A DNA stretch of 64,000 nucleotides. Source: Solidesulfovibrio magneticus. GTDB lineage: Bacteria; Desulfobacterota; Desulfovibrionia; Desulfovibrionales; Desulfovibrionaceae. The translations under genes were made by a program, and so were the position numbers. Positions 52,979 through 62,497 of the stretch are shown piece after piece (position 1 is the stretch's first letter; each line of letters starts with the position of its first letter). Location of the stretch: the NCBI GenBank assembly GCA_002482565.1, contig DLGG01000003.1:25462-89461 (forward strand). The letters run 5' to 3'. The notes beneath the pieces are model-generated. The model was not told where the DNA came from, searched no databases, and worked only from the letters and a program-made list of their open reading frames with translations.

Positions 52979-54613
52979 ATGTCGTGGGTCCAACAGTACC
53001 AACCGCTCGGAAGCTACGGGCTTTCCGCACTCGTGGCGGGCATTCCCCTGTACATGCTGTTCTACATGCTGGCGGTCAAACGCATGGCCGGCCACAAAGC
53101 GGCCTTCGCCGCCACGCTCACCGCCGTCATCCTGGCCATCGTGGCCTGGGGAATGCCGGTGGGCCTGGCTGTTGACGCCACTCTCTACGGCGCCGCCTTT
53201 GGCCTTTTCCCCATCGTCTGGATCGTCGTCACCGCCATCTGGGTGTACAACATGACCGTCGAGTCCGGGGAATTCAACATCATCAAGAACTCCCTGGCCC
53301 AGATCACCGATGACCGCCGGCTTCAGGCCATCTTCATCGCCTTCGCCTTCGGTTCGTTTATCGAAGGCACCGCCGGCTTCGGCACGCCGGTGGCCATCAC
53401 CGCCGCCATGCTGGTGGGCCTCGGGTTCAACCCGCTCTACGCCGCCGGCATCTGCCTGATCGCCAACACCGCCCCTGTCGCCTTCGGCGCCATCGGCATC
53501 CCCATCGTGGTCGCGGCCAAGGTCACCGACCTCGACATGATGAAAATCAGCGCCATCTGCGGCCGCCAGCTGCCCTTCCTGTCCATCATCGTGCCGCTGT
53601 GGCTGTCCGTCACCATGTGCGGTTTCAAGCGCACCATGGAAGTCCTGCCCGCCGTCATCATCGCCGGCGTGTGCTTCGCCGGTTCCCAGTTCCTGGTCTC
53701 CAACTACGTCGGCCCCTACCTGCCCGACATCATTTCCGCCATTGTGACCATCATCGGCCTGGGCCTGTTCCTCAAGGTTTGGAAGCCCAAGCAGACCTGG
53801 CACTTCCCGGATGAAGCTCCGGCCGCCCAGCGCTCCGTCGAGTCCCAGTTCTCCGGTGGCGAGATCTTCCGCGCTTGGCTGCCCTACATCATCCTGGCCA
53901 TCATGGTCTTTTTCTGGGGCATCGATTCCTTCAAGGCCATCCTGGACAAGATCTTCCTGATGAAGTTCGAATGGCCGGGCCTGCATAATCTGGTGGTCAA
54001 GACCGCTCCCATCGTGGCCAAGGACGCGCCCTACCCGGCCGTGTTCAACGTCAACCTCCTGTCCACTCCGGGCACGGCCATCCTGTTCGCCGGCTTGATC
54101 TCCATCATCTTCATGCCCGGCTACGGCTTCGGCAAGGGCATCGCCTGCCTGTTCCGCACCATCAAGCAGCTCAAGTGGCCCATCTGCACCATCGCCATGA
54201 TCCTGGGCCTGGCCTACATCATGAACTACTCGGGCATGAGCTCCTCCATGGGCCTGGCCTTTACCGCCACGGGCGCGCTGTTCCCGTTCTTCTCGCCGAT
54301 CCTCGGCTGGCTGGGCGTGTTCCTGACCGGTTCGGACACCTCCTCCAACGCCCTGTTCGGTTCGCTGCAGAAGACCACCGCCCAGCAGATCGGCGTCGAT
54401 CCGCACCTGACGGTTGCCGCCAACTCCTCCGGCGGCGTCACCGGCAAGATGATCTCGCCCCAGTCCATCTCGGTGGCCACCGCGGCCTCCAACATGGTGG
54501 GCAAGGAAGGCGACATCTTCCGCTTCACCCTGCCCCACTCCCTGGCCATGCTCGGCGTCGTCGCCGTGCTGACCCTGCTGCAGGCCTACGCCCTCAAGTG
54601 GATGCTGCCCTAA
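52979..54613 (+). CDS. lldP: L-lactate permease (LctP family)
   Basis: FIEGTAGFGTP, NTAPVAFGAIG, FLTGSDTSSNALF and GKMISPQSI. AAGGAG RBS. Confidence 0.93.
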   Translation: MSWVQQYQPLGSYGLSALVAGIPLYMLFYMLAVKRMAGHKAAFAATLTAVILAIVAWGMPVGLAVDATLYGAAFGLFPIVWIVVTAIWVYNMTVESGEFNIIKNSLAQITDDRRLQAIFIAFAFGSFIEGTAGFGTPVAITAAMLVGLGFNPLYAAGICLIANTAPVAFGAIGIPIVVAAKVTDLDMMKISAICGRQLPFLSIIVPLWLSVTMCGFKRTMEVLPAVIIAGVCFAGSQFLVSNYVGPYLPDIISAIVTIIGLGLFLKVWKPKQTWHFPDEAPAAQRSVESQFSGGEIFRAWLPYIILAIMVFFWGIDSFKAILDKIFLMKFEWPGLHNLVVKTAPIVAKDAPYPAVFNVNLLSTPGTAILFAGLISIIFMPGYGFGKGIACLFRTIKQLKWPICTIAMILGLAYIMNYSGMSSSMGLAFTATGALFPFFSPILGWLGVFLTGSDTSSNALFGSLQKTTAQQIGVDPHLTVAANSSGGVTGKMISPQSISVATAASNMVGKEGDIFRFTLPHSLAMLGVVAVLTLLQAYALKWMLP

Positions 54614-54702
54614 CCTTTAACCCTTAGCGCTAGCGTCTGGTACGGCCGGCTTCGCGCGCGCGTCGCCGGCCGTATTGTTTCCGACCCCAAAGAGAGGTTC
54701 CC

Positions 54703-55326
54703 ATGACCACCCCCAATCTGGTCGAAAAACTCACGGCGAAAGCCGGCCTGGTTTCGGCCACGGTACGCGCCGTCGCCTCCATGGACGAGGCCATGGCCTA
54801 CGTCGCCGACGTCTGCGTCGGTAAGGAAGTCTGCCAGATCCTGGCCTCGGGCTGCGACGCGCCGCTTTCCGGCACGGCCGAAGCCCTGTGCGAAACCAAG
54901 CAGGAAAAAATCATCTGCGCCCCGGAAATGCCCGAAGAGGCCATGGCCGCCCTGTCGGCCCAGTGCGCCGAGCGGGGCGTCAAGCTCATCACTTCCGGCA
55001 TGCGCTCCCACCTCGGCGGCATCGACATCGGCCTGACCATGGCCGCCGCCGGCATCGCCGAGACCGGCACCGTGGTCATCCGTTCCACCAACGAGGAAGT
55101 GCGTCTGGCCAGCATGATCGCCGAGATCCACATCGCCGTGCTGCCGGCCTCGGCCATCGTGGCCGACTCCTACGCCCTGGAGCCGGTCATGGTCGACTGG
55201 ATGAGCCGGCCCGATTTCACCGCCTTCGTCACCGGTCCCAGCCGCACCGCCGACATCGAGCGCGTCCTGGCTCTGGGCGTGCATGGGCCGCTGGAACTGC
55301 ACATCCTCATTTTGGAGGACAAGTAG
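54703..55326 (+). CDS. lldG: L-lactate dehydrogenase subunit, LutC/LldG (LUD domain)
   Basis: GIAETGT and TGPSRTADIERVLALGVHGP. Confidence 0.88.
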   Translation: MTTPNLVEKLTAKAGLVSATVRAVASMDEAMAYVADVCVGKEVCQILASGCDAPLSGTAEALCETKQEKIICAPEMPEEAMAALSAQCAERGVKLITSGMRSHLGGIDIGLTMAAAGIAETGTVVIRSTNEEVRLASMIAEIHIAVLPASAIVADSYALEPVMVDWMSRPDFTAFVTGPSRTADIERVLALGVHGPLELHILILEDK

Positions 55327-57486
55327 ATGCAAGACGCCACCACGCTGAAAGACTACCGCAAGCAGTTGCGCGAAGCCCTGGAAAACGATTTCCAGCGCCA
55401 GGCCCTGGACAAGTTCGCCGTGGCCTACCGCACCTCCCGGGCCAACGCCTTCGCCGACATCGACGCCCCGGAGCTGATCGCCGAGATCGCCGCGGCCAAG
55501 GACGCCTCCATCGACCACCTCGAAGAGCTCTTCGAAGAATTCAAACGCCACGCCGAGGCTGCCGGCACCAAAGTCCATCTGGCCGCCACCGCCCACGAGG
55601 CCAACGAGATCATCGCCCGCATCGCCAAGGAAAACGACGTCAAGACCATCGTCAAGTCCAAGTCCATGACCGCCGAGGAAACCCACCTCAACCATCTCCT
55701 GGAAGCCGAGGGGTTCGAGGTCACGGAAACCGACCTGGGCGAATGGATCATTCAGTTGCGCCATGAAGGGCCTTCCCACATGGTCATGCCTGCCATTCAC
55801 CTGTCGCGCTATCAGGTGGCCGACCTTTTTTCGGAAGTGACCCACAAGCAACAGGACGTGGACATCCAAAAGCTCGTCAAGGTGGCCCGCCGGGAGCTGC
55901 GCCCAAAATTCTGCCAGGCCGACATGGGCATCTCCGGAGCCAACTTCTGCATCGCCGCCACCGGCTCCATCGGGCTTATCACCAATGAAGGCAACGCGCG
56001 CCTGACCACCACCCTGCCCCGGGTCCATGTGGCCCTGGCCGGCATCGACAAGCTCGTGCCCACGCTGCACGACGCCCTGCGCATCATCCGCTGCCTGCCC
56101 AAAAACGCCACCGGCCAGGCCATCACCTCCTACGTCACCTGGATCACCGGGGCCGTGCCCTGCGAGACGGCCAAGGGCGGGACCAAGGTCAAGCACGTGG
56201 TCTTCGTGGACAACGGCCGTCTGGCCATGGCCCGGGACCCGGAATTCAAGCAGGTCCTGCGCTGCATCCGCTGCGGCGCTTGCGCCAACGTCTGCCCCAT
56301 CTACCGGGTGGTCGGCGGCCACAAATACGGCCACGTCTACATTGGGGCCATCGGCTTGGTCGCCACCTACTTCTTCCACGGCCGGGAGAAGGCCAAAAAT
56401 CTGGTCCAAAACTGCCTCAACTGCGGAGCCTGCAAGGCCGTATGCGCCGCCGGCATCGATCTGCCGACGCTGATCAAGGAAGTTCACGCCCGCATCCAGG
56501 ACGAGGAAGGCCATCCGCTCTATTCCACGGCCGTGGGACAGGTGCTCAAAAACCGCAAGCTCTTCCACACCATGCTCAAGTCCGCCCGGCTGCTGCAAAA
56601 GCCGGTCACCGGCGGCACGCCGTACCTGCGCCATCTGCCCATGTTCCTGTTCAAGGATCAGGACTTCCGCGCCCTGCCGGCCGTGGCCGACGAGGCCTTC
56701 CGCGACAAGTGGGAGCGCATCAAGCCCCGGGTGGCCGACGCCAAGCTGAAAGTCGCGCTGTTCTCGGGTTGCGTGCAGGACTTCGTCTATCCCGAGCAGA
56801 TGGAAGCGGCCGTGGCGGTCATCGCCTCCAAACAGGGCGTGTCCATGGAGTACCCCATGGGCCAGTCCTGCTGCGGCTTGCCGCTGCAGATGATGGGCGA
56901 AAAGCAGGCCGGCCGCGAGCTTGCCGCCCACAACATGAACGCCATCGACGCCCAGGACTTCGACTACATCGTGACCCTGTGCGCCTCCTGCGCCTCCTAC
57001 CTCAAGCACGGCTACAAGCGGCTTTTTGCCGACGATCCGGCCATGGCCTACAAGGCCGCCCAGTTTGCCCACCGGGTCATCGACTTCAGCTCCTTTGTCC
57101 GCGACGTGCTGGGCATCACCGACGAGTCCTTCACCGGGCCGAGCAAGAAGGTGACTTACCACGCTCCCTGCCACCTGTGCCGGGGCCTGGGCGTCACCGA
57201 AGCGCCGCGCGCGCTTCTTGGCGAAGCCGGGCTGGAATACGTGCCGGCCACCGAGGAAGACGTGTGCTGCGGCTTTGGCGGCACCTTCTCGGTGAAGTTC
57301 CCGGAACTCTCAAAGGAACTGCTTGGCAAGAAGCTCGCCAATTTGAAGGCCACCGGCGCGTCCGCCATGGCCACGGATTGCCCGGGCTGCATCATGCAGA
57401 TTCGCGGCGGCTTCGAGGCCGAAAAAACGCCTTTCGAAGTACGTCACGTGGCCGAATACCTGGCCGAGCGCCTCAAGCGTAAATAG
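55327..57486 (+). CDS. lldH: L-lactate dehydrogenase large Fe-S subunit (LutB plus CCG-domain fusion, LldH type)
   Basis: KSKSMTAEE, ETDLGEWIIQL, NEGN, CIRCGACANVCP, CLNCGAC and two CCG domains. Confidence 0.88.
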   Translation: MQDATTLKDYRKQLREALENDFQRQALDKFAVAYRTSRANAFADIDAPELIAEIAAAKDASIDHLEELFEEFKRHAEAAGTKVHLAATAHEANEIIARIAKENDVKTIVKSKSMTAEETHLNHLLEAEGFEVTETDLGEWIIQLRHEGPSHMVMPAIHLSRYQVADLFSEVTHKQQDVDIQKLVKVARRELRPKFCQADMGISGANFCIAATGSIGLITNEGNARLTTTLPRVHVALAGIDKLVPTLHDALRIIRCLPKNATGQAITSYVTWITGAVPCETAKGGTKVKHVVFVDNGRLAMARDPEFKQVLRCIRCGACANVCPIYRVVGGHKYGHVYIGAIGLVATYFFHGREKAKNLVQNCLNCGACKAVCAAGIDLPTLIKEVHARIQDEEGHPLYSTAVGQVLKNRKLFHTMLKSARLLQKPVTGGTPYLRHLPMFLFKDQDFRALPAVADEAFRDKWERIKPRVADAKLKVALFSGCVQDFVYPEQMEAAVAVIASKQGVSMEYPMGQSCCGLPLQMMGEKQAGRELAAHNMNAIDAQDFDYIVTLCASCASYLKHGYKRLFADDPAMAYKAAQFAHRVIDFSSFVRDVLGITDESFTGPSKKVTYHAPCHLCRGLGVTEAPRALLGEAGLEYVPATEEDVCCGFGGTFSVKFPELSKELLGKKLANLKATGASAMATDCPGCIMQIRGGFEAEKTPFEVRHVAEYLAERLKRK

Positions 57487-57511
57487 CCCCTCGATGGGCT
57501 ACCTTGCTCTC

Positions 57512-57540
57512 AAGGCCGCGACATCCGTCGCGGCCTTTTT
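57512..57540 (+). terminator. Rho-independent terminator of the lactate operon
   Basis: AAGGCCGCGAC-atcc-GTCGCGGCCTT followed by TTT. Confidence 0.85.
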
Positions 57541-57696
57541 CCTGTCCCAACCCTGGGCAGCCAGGGCGTCAGTGTCGCGTCCCCAAAAATACGATAGTAT
57601 TTTCTAGAAAAACAACTGGTTCTCATCTGTTGTCCGCGAATTAGCCTGTATGCTTTTCGTGAACGCGACAGATGGGATAGCCGGCCGGGCCATATG

Positions 57697-57730
57697 AAAA
57701 CGCCCGCAGGCGTCTCCACCTGCGGGCGTT
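57697..57730 (-). terminator. Rho-independent terminator after moaC
   Basis: AACGCCCGCAGG / CCTGCGGGCGTT hairpin with a T-run on the minus strand. Confidence 0.8.
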
Positions 57731-57751
57731 AAAATCGGTTGGCGCAAATGT

Positions 57752-58264
57752 CTAGGACGCCGGATAGGGCCGGCCGGCCGGCCAGTCGGGCGAAACGAAC
57801 GTCCCGGACTTGCCGCCGGACTTGAAAAGGAGCTTGGCCTGGCTCACGACGATATCCTTCTGCACGGCCTTGCACATGTCGTAGATGGTCAGCGCCGCGA
57901 CCATGGCGGCAGTCAGGGCCTCCATCTCCACGCCGGTTTCGGCCACGGTGGAGGCTTCGGCCTCCACACGCACCACGGCGGCGGCCTGATCTACGTCGAA
58001 CCGGACGTCGGCATGGGCCAGGGGCAGCGGATGGCATAGCGGGATGAGGTCGGCGGTGCGCTTGGCGGCCATGATGCCGGCGATCTTGGCGGTGTTGAGG
58101 GCGTCGCCCTTGGGCAGGGCGGCTGTGGCCAAAAGCGCCATGGTGGCCGGAGACAAATGCACTTCGCAAGCAGCCACGGCCAGCCGGCGGGTCTTGGTCT
58201 TGCCGCCGACGTCCACCATGCGGGCCGCGCCGTCGGCGTCGAGATGGGTGAAGCCTTCGCTCAT
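57752..58264 (-). CDS. moaC: Cyclic pyranopterin monophosphate synthase MoaC
   Basis: [29 protein letters not shown] and KSGGKSG. Confidence 0.96.
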
Positions 58265-58271
58265 GGCCGGC

Positions 58272-58688
58272 CTACTTGAATTCCGGGACTTTGACCTTGC
58301 GGTCGATGCGCTTGGCGGCCGTGGCGTCTTCCTTGGCCTTGGCCTCGTCGCCGAGCTTCATGTAGAGCATGGCCCGGTTGCCCAAGGCCTCGGCCATCTT
58401 GGCGTCGAGCTCAATGGCCTTGGAGTAGTCGGCCAGGGCCTTTTGCAGATCGCTCTTGGCTTCCTGGCACATGCCGCGCAGGTTGTAGGCGCTGGCCAGG
58501 TTTTTCACGTCGCCGCCCGCGCCGGAATCGACGATGCGGGTGAAGGCGGCGATGGCCGTGTCCATATCGCCCTTGTTGGCGGCCGTGATGCCCTGGCGGT
58601 AGTCGTCAGTGGGGCCGGCCACGGCCGCGCCGGGCAGAGCCAGAATCAAAGCCAGCGCCATGACGGCGCAACGCATGCGTTTGCCCAT
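58272..58688 (-). CDS. Exported tetratricopeptide repeat protein
   Basis: Signal peptide plus TPRs (AYNLRG...[18 protein letters not shown]). Confidence 0.85.
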
Positions 58689-58689
58689 G

Positions 58690-59799
58690 TCAGTTCCCCA
58701 TGGCCTCTTTGGCCTTGCGAAAGAAGCTTTTGACCTTTTTCATGGGCTTTTGCTCGTCGAGCTCCTCGAATTCTCGCAAAAGCTCTTCCTGCTTCTTGGT
58801 CAGCCCACGGGGCGTGACCACGGTCACGTGGACGAGCAGATCGCCCTTGCGGGTCGATCCCGGGATGGGCAGGCCCAGGCCGCGCAGGGAAAACACCTCG
58901 CCGCTCTGGGTACCCTTGGGGATCTCCATGGTCTCGTCGCCGTCCAGGGTCGGCACCTCGATCTTGTGGCCAAGAGCGGCCTGGACGAAGGTGACGTCCT
59001 GTCGGTAGACGAGATCCTGGCCCTGGCGCTCGAAAATCTTGTCGGCCTCGACATGGAGGATGACGTAGAGATCGCCCGGGGGGCCGCCGTGCAGGCCCGG
59101 ATCGCCCTCGCCGCGAAGGCGCAGGCGGCTGCCGTCGTCCACGCCGGCCGGCACCCGGACCTTGAGCTCGCGGGTCTGGCGGGTGATGCCCCGTCCCCGG
59201 CACTCCTTGCAGGGCGTGGCGATGACCCGGCCCTCGCCCCGGCAGGACGGACAGCTGACGGCGATGCGGAAAAAGCCCTGGCTCTGGACCACCTGGCCCG
59301 AGCCGCCGCAGTGCCGGCAGGTTTCGGCCGAGGTGCCGGGTTCGGCCCCGGAGCCGTTGCAGACGTGGCACTGGACATTTTTGGGAATCTTGAGCGTGAC
59401 TTCCGTGCCCCTGGCCGCGTCGCGGAAGGAGACGTTCAAGTCATAACGCAGGTCGTTGCCGGCCTGGGGGCGCGGCCCGCGCGAGGCGCGGCCGCTGAAT
59501 CCGAAAAACTCCCCGAAAATATCGGAAAAGGCGCTGAAGACGTCGTCGGTGGTGCCGAAACCGCCGAACCCGTTGCCGCCCAGGCCCTCATGGCCGAAGC
59601 GATCGTAGCGCGCCCGGTTTTCAGGGTTGCGCAACACTTCGTAGGCCTCGGCCGCTTCCTTGAACTTGGATTCGGCTTCGGGATCGTCGGGGTTGCGATC
59701 GGGGTGGAACTGGAAAGCCTGTTGTCGGTAGGCCTTCTTGATGGTCTCGTCGTCGGCGTCGCGGGCGACGCCCAGCACTTCGTAATAATCCCGGGGCAT
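58690..59799 (-). CDS. dnaJ: Chaperone DnaJ
   Basis: J-domain with HPD, G/F-rich region and four CxxCxGxG repeats. Confidence 0.97.
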   Translation of the reverse strand: MPRDYYEVLGVARDADDETIKKAYRQQAFQFHPDRNPDDPEAESKFKEAAEAYEVLRNPENRARYDRFGHEGLGGNGFGGFGTTDDVFSAFSDIFGEFFGFSGRASRGPRPQAGNDLRYDLNVSFRDAARGTEVTLKIPKNVQCHVCNGSGAEPGTSAETCRHCGGSGQVVQSQGFFRIAVSCPSCRGEGRVIATPCKECRGRGITRQTRELKVRVPAGVDDGSRLRLRGEGDPGLHGGPPGDLYVILHVEADKIFERQGQDLVYRQDVTFVQAALGHKIEVPTLDGDETMEIPKGTQSGEVFSLRGLGLPIPGSTRKGDLLVHVTVVTPRGLTKKQEELLREFEELDEQKPMKKVKSFFRKAKEAMGN

Positions 59800-59808
59800 G
59801 ATGGTGTT

Positions 59809-60033
59809 CTATTTGGTTTCAGGAAGAAACACGCCGGCTTCCTCGATGGAATCGGCCGGCATCACCTCGCCCGCGGCGATCTCGCGCAGGGCGGTGACGA
59901 CTTCCTTGTTCTTGCACTCCACCAGCGGATCGTAGCCTTCGCGGTACTGATGCACCCGCTTGATGGCCATCTGGACGATGAGGAAACGGTTGTTGATCTT
60001 TTCCAGGCAATCTTCAACGGTAATGCGCGCCAT
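59809..60033 (-). CDS. rpoZ: RNA polymerase omega subunit
   Basis: [13 protein letters not shown] and K.VV.ALREIA.G. Confidence 0.95.
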   Translation of the reverse strand: MARITVEDCLEKINNRFLIVQMAIKRVHQYREGYDPLVECKNKEVVTALREIAAGEVMPADSIEEAGVFLPETK

Positions 60034-60430
60034 GCGGTTCTCCTTGCGTTGGATAGGTAGGCGTCTCGCCGGTGCGCCTTTGCGCTACCCTGGTAAGACG
60101 TTTTTTTGCCCCGTCAAGGGGCGGCGTGCCCGGACCGGCCGGATGGCCAGGCTGATCGGGCCAGAACACTCCAACGCGAAACCGAAGTTTTTAGACAAAT
60201 TCGACGAACTCCGTCAAGAGGCTTCTGCTTGGGCAGCGCCCAAAGCCGCCTACGTTCCGCGTACTGGAACGAGCACGGCATAGAGCCATCATATTAATAA
60301 ATTTAGCACCCTACATGAAAAAAGCAACGCATCCCTTCAAGCACGCGGAACGCGTCCACCGTTTCGAAGCCACGGCGTGGGGACACGGCCGGAGCAAGGC
60401 TGCTCACGCCTGCCCTTTCCGGACACAACG

Positions 60431-62389
60431 CTAATAAGCCAACTTCCCCAGCGACTTGAGAATCAGCGTCGCGCCCATGGCGAACATGCCCATGAGCCCC
60501 ATGCCGCAGGAAAAGCCGGCCAGGAGCACGGGCGCGTATTGCCGCCAGCGCGTGCCGTAGAGCTTGAGGAAGTAATACCGCCCTACCAGCGCCCCCACGA
60601 CTTCCAGGATAAGTCCGTGGGGCACGCTTTGCCCCAGTCCACGCACGATGCCGTAGACCAAAAGCACGGGCAGCCCGAAGATCATGAGCAGCATGTAGAC
60701 GACAAGGCCCAGTCCCAGGCCGGCGCTGACGTACCAGCCGTTTAAGGCTTGGAAAAACAGCGAATTGCCTTCCAGGGTCGAGGTCTGCATGAGCAGCGTG
60801 TTAAGCGCCTGGAGATGCCACAGTTCCTGGGCATAGGGATAGCTGGCCGAGGGAATGGGGGCCAGCTGCCAGATGAACTGGGAAAAAAGCAGGCTGGCCA
60901 CCATGACCACCGGAAAAACCACGATCTCGGCCTTTATTATGCCGCGAAGGCTGGTGCCGGTCAGTTCGATCTCGCGGAAGTCCACCGTCGCCTTGCCGTA
61001 GTTGTGGATGGGGATGGGCGCGTACCAGATTTCGATGCCTTGGTACCCGAAAAAGCGCGCTCCGGCGATGAAGCTGGCCTCGCGCACCAGGGGCAGGCTC
61101 ACGAACTGGCCGGCAATGCCTTCCATGCGGGCGGTGATATAGGAGATAAGCGGCGTGTAGATAAAGCCGTACAGGACAAAGAACAGCCACGGGAACTGGG
61201 GCACCAGCCACAGACACAGCCCGATGTAGGCCAGGGTGGAGAAGACGTAGATGGCGATGGAGACCCAGAAGTTGATGTCGCCCCGGGCCTTGTTGGTGTC
61301 AAAAAGCGCCTTGTAGGCCGCGCCGCCCACGCCCCCCTGGCGCAGGGACCTGACCACCTGCCAGATGCCGATGGCCCCGATGGCCAGGCCCAGGCCGATG
61401 CCAAAGGACATGTAGAAATCGAAGTTGTTGGCGAAAACCGTGTCCACCGTGCCCATGCCCTGCCGCCAACGATGCAGGATGCCGTGGGAATAGAGGATGG
61501 GGTTGGCCACGATGGTGATGACAAGCCCCACCAAGCCGCCGATGACGGCCCAAAACGGCAGCACCATGCCGGTGAAGACCAGCCCCAGGTCGAACTGGAT
61601 GCCGGTGGCCACGGCCGGCAGCCAGGCTTCGGTGTTGCGGGTGAAATCGGCCCAGGGAATGGGAATAAGCCGCACGGGTTCGGTGAAGACCAGCCCCGAG
61701 ACCACCGGGAAGAGCACATAGATGGCCCCGAAGGCCAGGCCGATCATGCCGCCGATGGAAAAAACGCGCCATTTCCAGCCGGTTTTACGGTCCTCGGTGG
61801 ACTCGGCCAGGGCCATGGTGCCAAGGGCCCCCACCGGGGCCATGGGAAAAGGCAGCTTTTCCACGTCCGAGGTGACGCGGTAAAGGGCGTAGCCCAAGCC
61901 GAAATGGTCGATGCGCTGCACGATCTGCGAGCCGACCAAAAGCAGGATGGGCACGAGCCAGTCGCGGTGGAGAAAGGTGCGGGATAAAAGCGAATCCGAA
62001 TCCGGACCAGGGGCGACCCAGGTCGGGATGAGGTCGGTTAAGCCCAGCATCTTGGCCGCGTCGGACTGGACGAGGTACTGGTTCCAGAGGAGTCCGTGAA
62101 ACGGCGAGGCCATGGCCGCGCCGGCCATGTAATAGAGCAGGAAGATTTCCTGCTGCTTGAGTTCGGTGTAGGCGCGCTTGGCGATCTCGGCAAAGAGAAT
62201 GATGGTCACCCAGCGGGCGGCCGGGCCGATGCCCGAACCGATGACGAGCTGCAAGTACATGCTGCCCGGCATCATGAGGAAGCCGATAAAGACCGCGCCG
62301 ACGATGGTCTTCCAGTCGAAGCCCTCTTCGAAGCGCGTGGGGGTCGGGAGCAGGTCCCGGTATTCGGCTAATTCCTTGTCGTCGTACAT
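60431..62389 (-). CDS. Large polytopic membrane protein, distantly OPT (oligopeptide transporter)-like
   Basis: 652 aa with many hydrophobic helices. EKLPFPMAPV motif resembles the OPT L.FP motif. Confidence 0.75.
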   Translation of the reverse strand: MYDDKELAEYRDLLPTPTRFEEGFDWKTIVGAVFIGFLMMPGSMYLQLVIGSGIGPAARWVTIILFAEIAKRAYTELKQQEIFLLYYMAGAAMASPFHGLLWNQYLVQSDAAKMLGLTDLIPTWVAPGPDSDSLLSRTFLHRDWLVPILLLVGSQIVQRIDHFGLGYALYRVTSDVEKLPFPMAPVGALGTMALAESTEDRKTGWKWRVFSIGGMIGLAFGAIYVLFPVVSGLVFTEPVRLIPIPWADFTRNTEAWLPAVATGIQFDLGLVFTGMVLPFWAVIGGLVGLVITIVANPILYSHGILHRWRQGMGTVDTVFANNFDFYMSFGIGLGLAIGAIGIWQVVRSLRQGGVGGAAYKALFDTNKARGDINFWVSIAIYVFSTLAYIGLCLWLVPQFPWLFFVLYGFIYTPLISYITARMEGIAGQFVSLPLVREASFIAGARFFGYQGIEIWYAPIPIHNYGKATVDFREIELTGTSLRGIIKAEIVVFPVVMVASLLFSQFIWQLAPIPSASYPYAQELWHLQALNTLLMQTSTLEGNSLFFQALNGWYVSAGLGLGLVVYMLLMIFGLPVLLVYGIVRGLGQSVPHGLILEVVGALVGRYYFLKLYGTRWRQYAPVLLAGFSCGMGLMGMFAMGATLILKSLGKLAY

Positions 62390-62497
62390 CGGGCTTCCTG
62401 GTGTCCTGTTCTTATATCTTCCTGACGGCGTTTGGCTGGCCTAGGCAAGCCCTTAAACAGCGTCAGGACCTCTACCGCAACATCCAGTGCCTTCCGA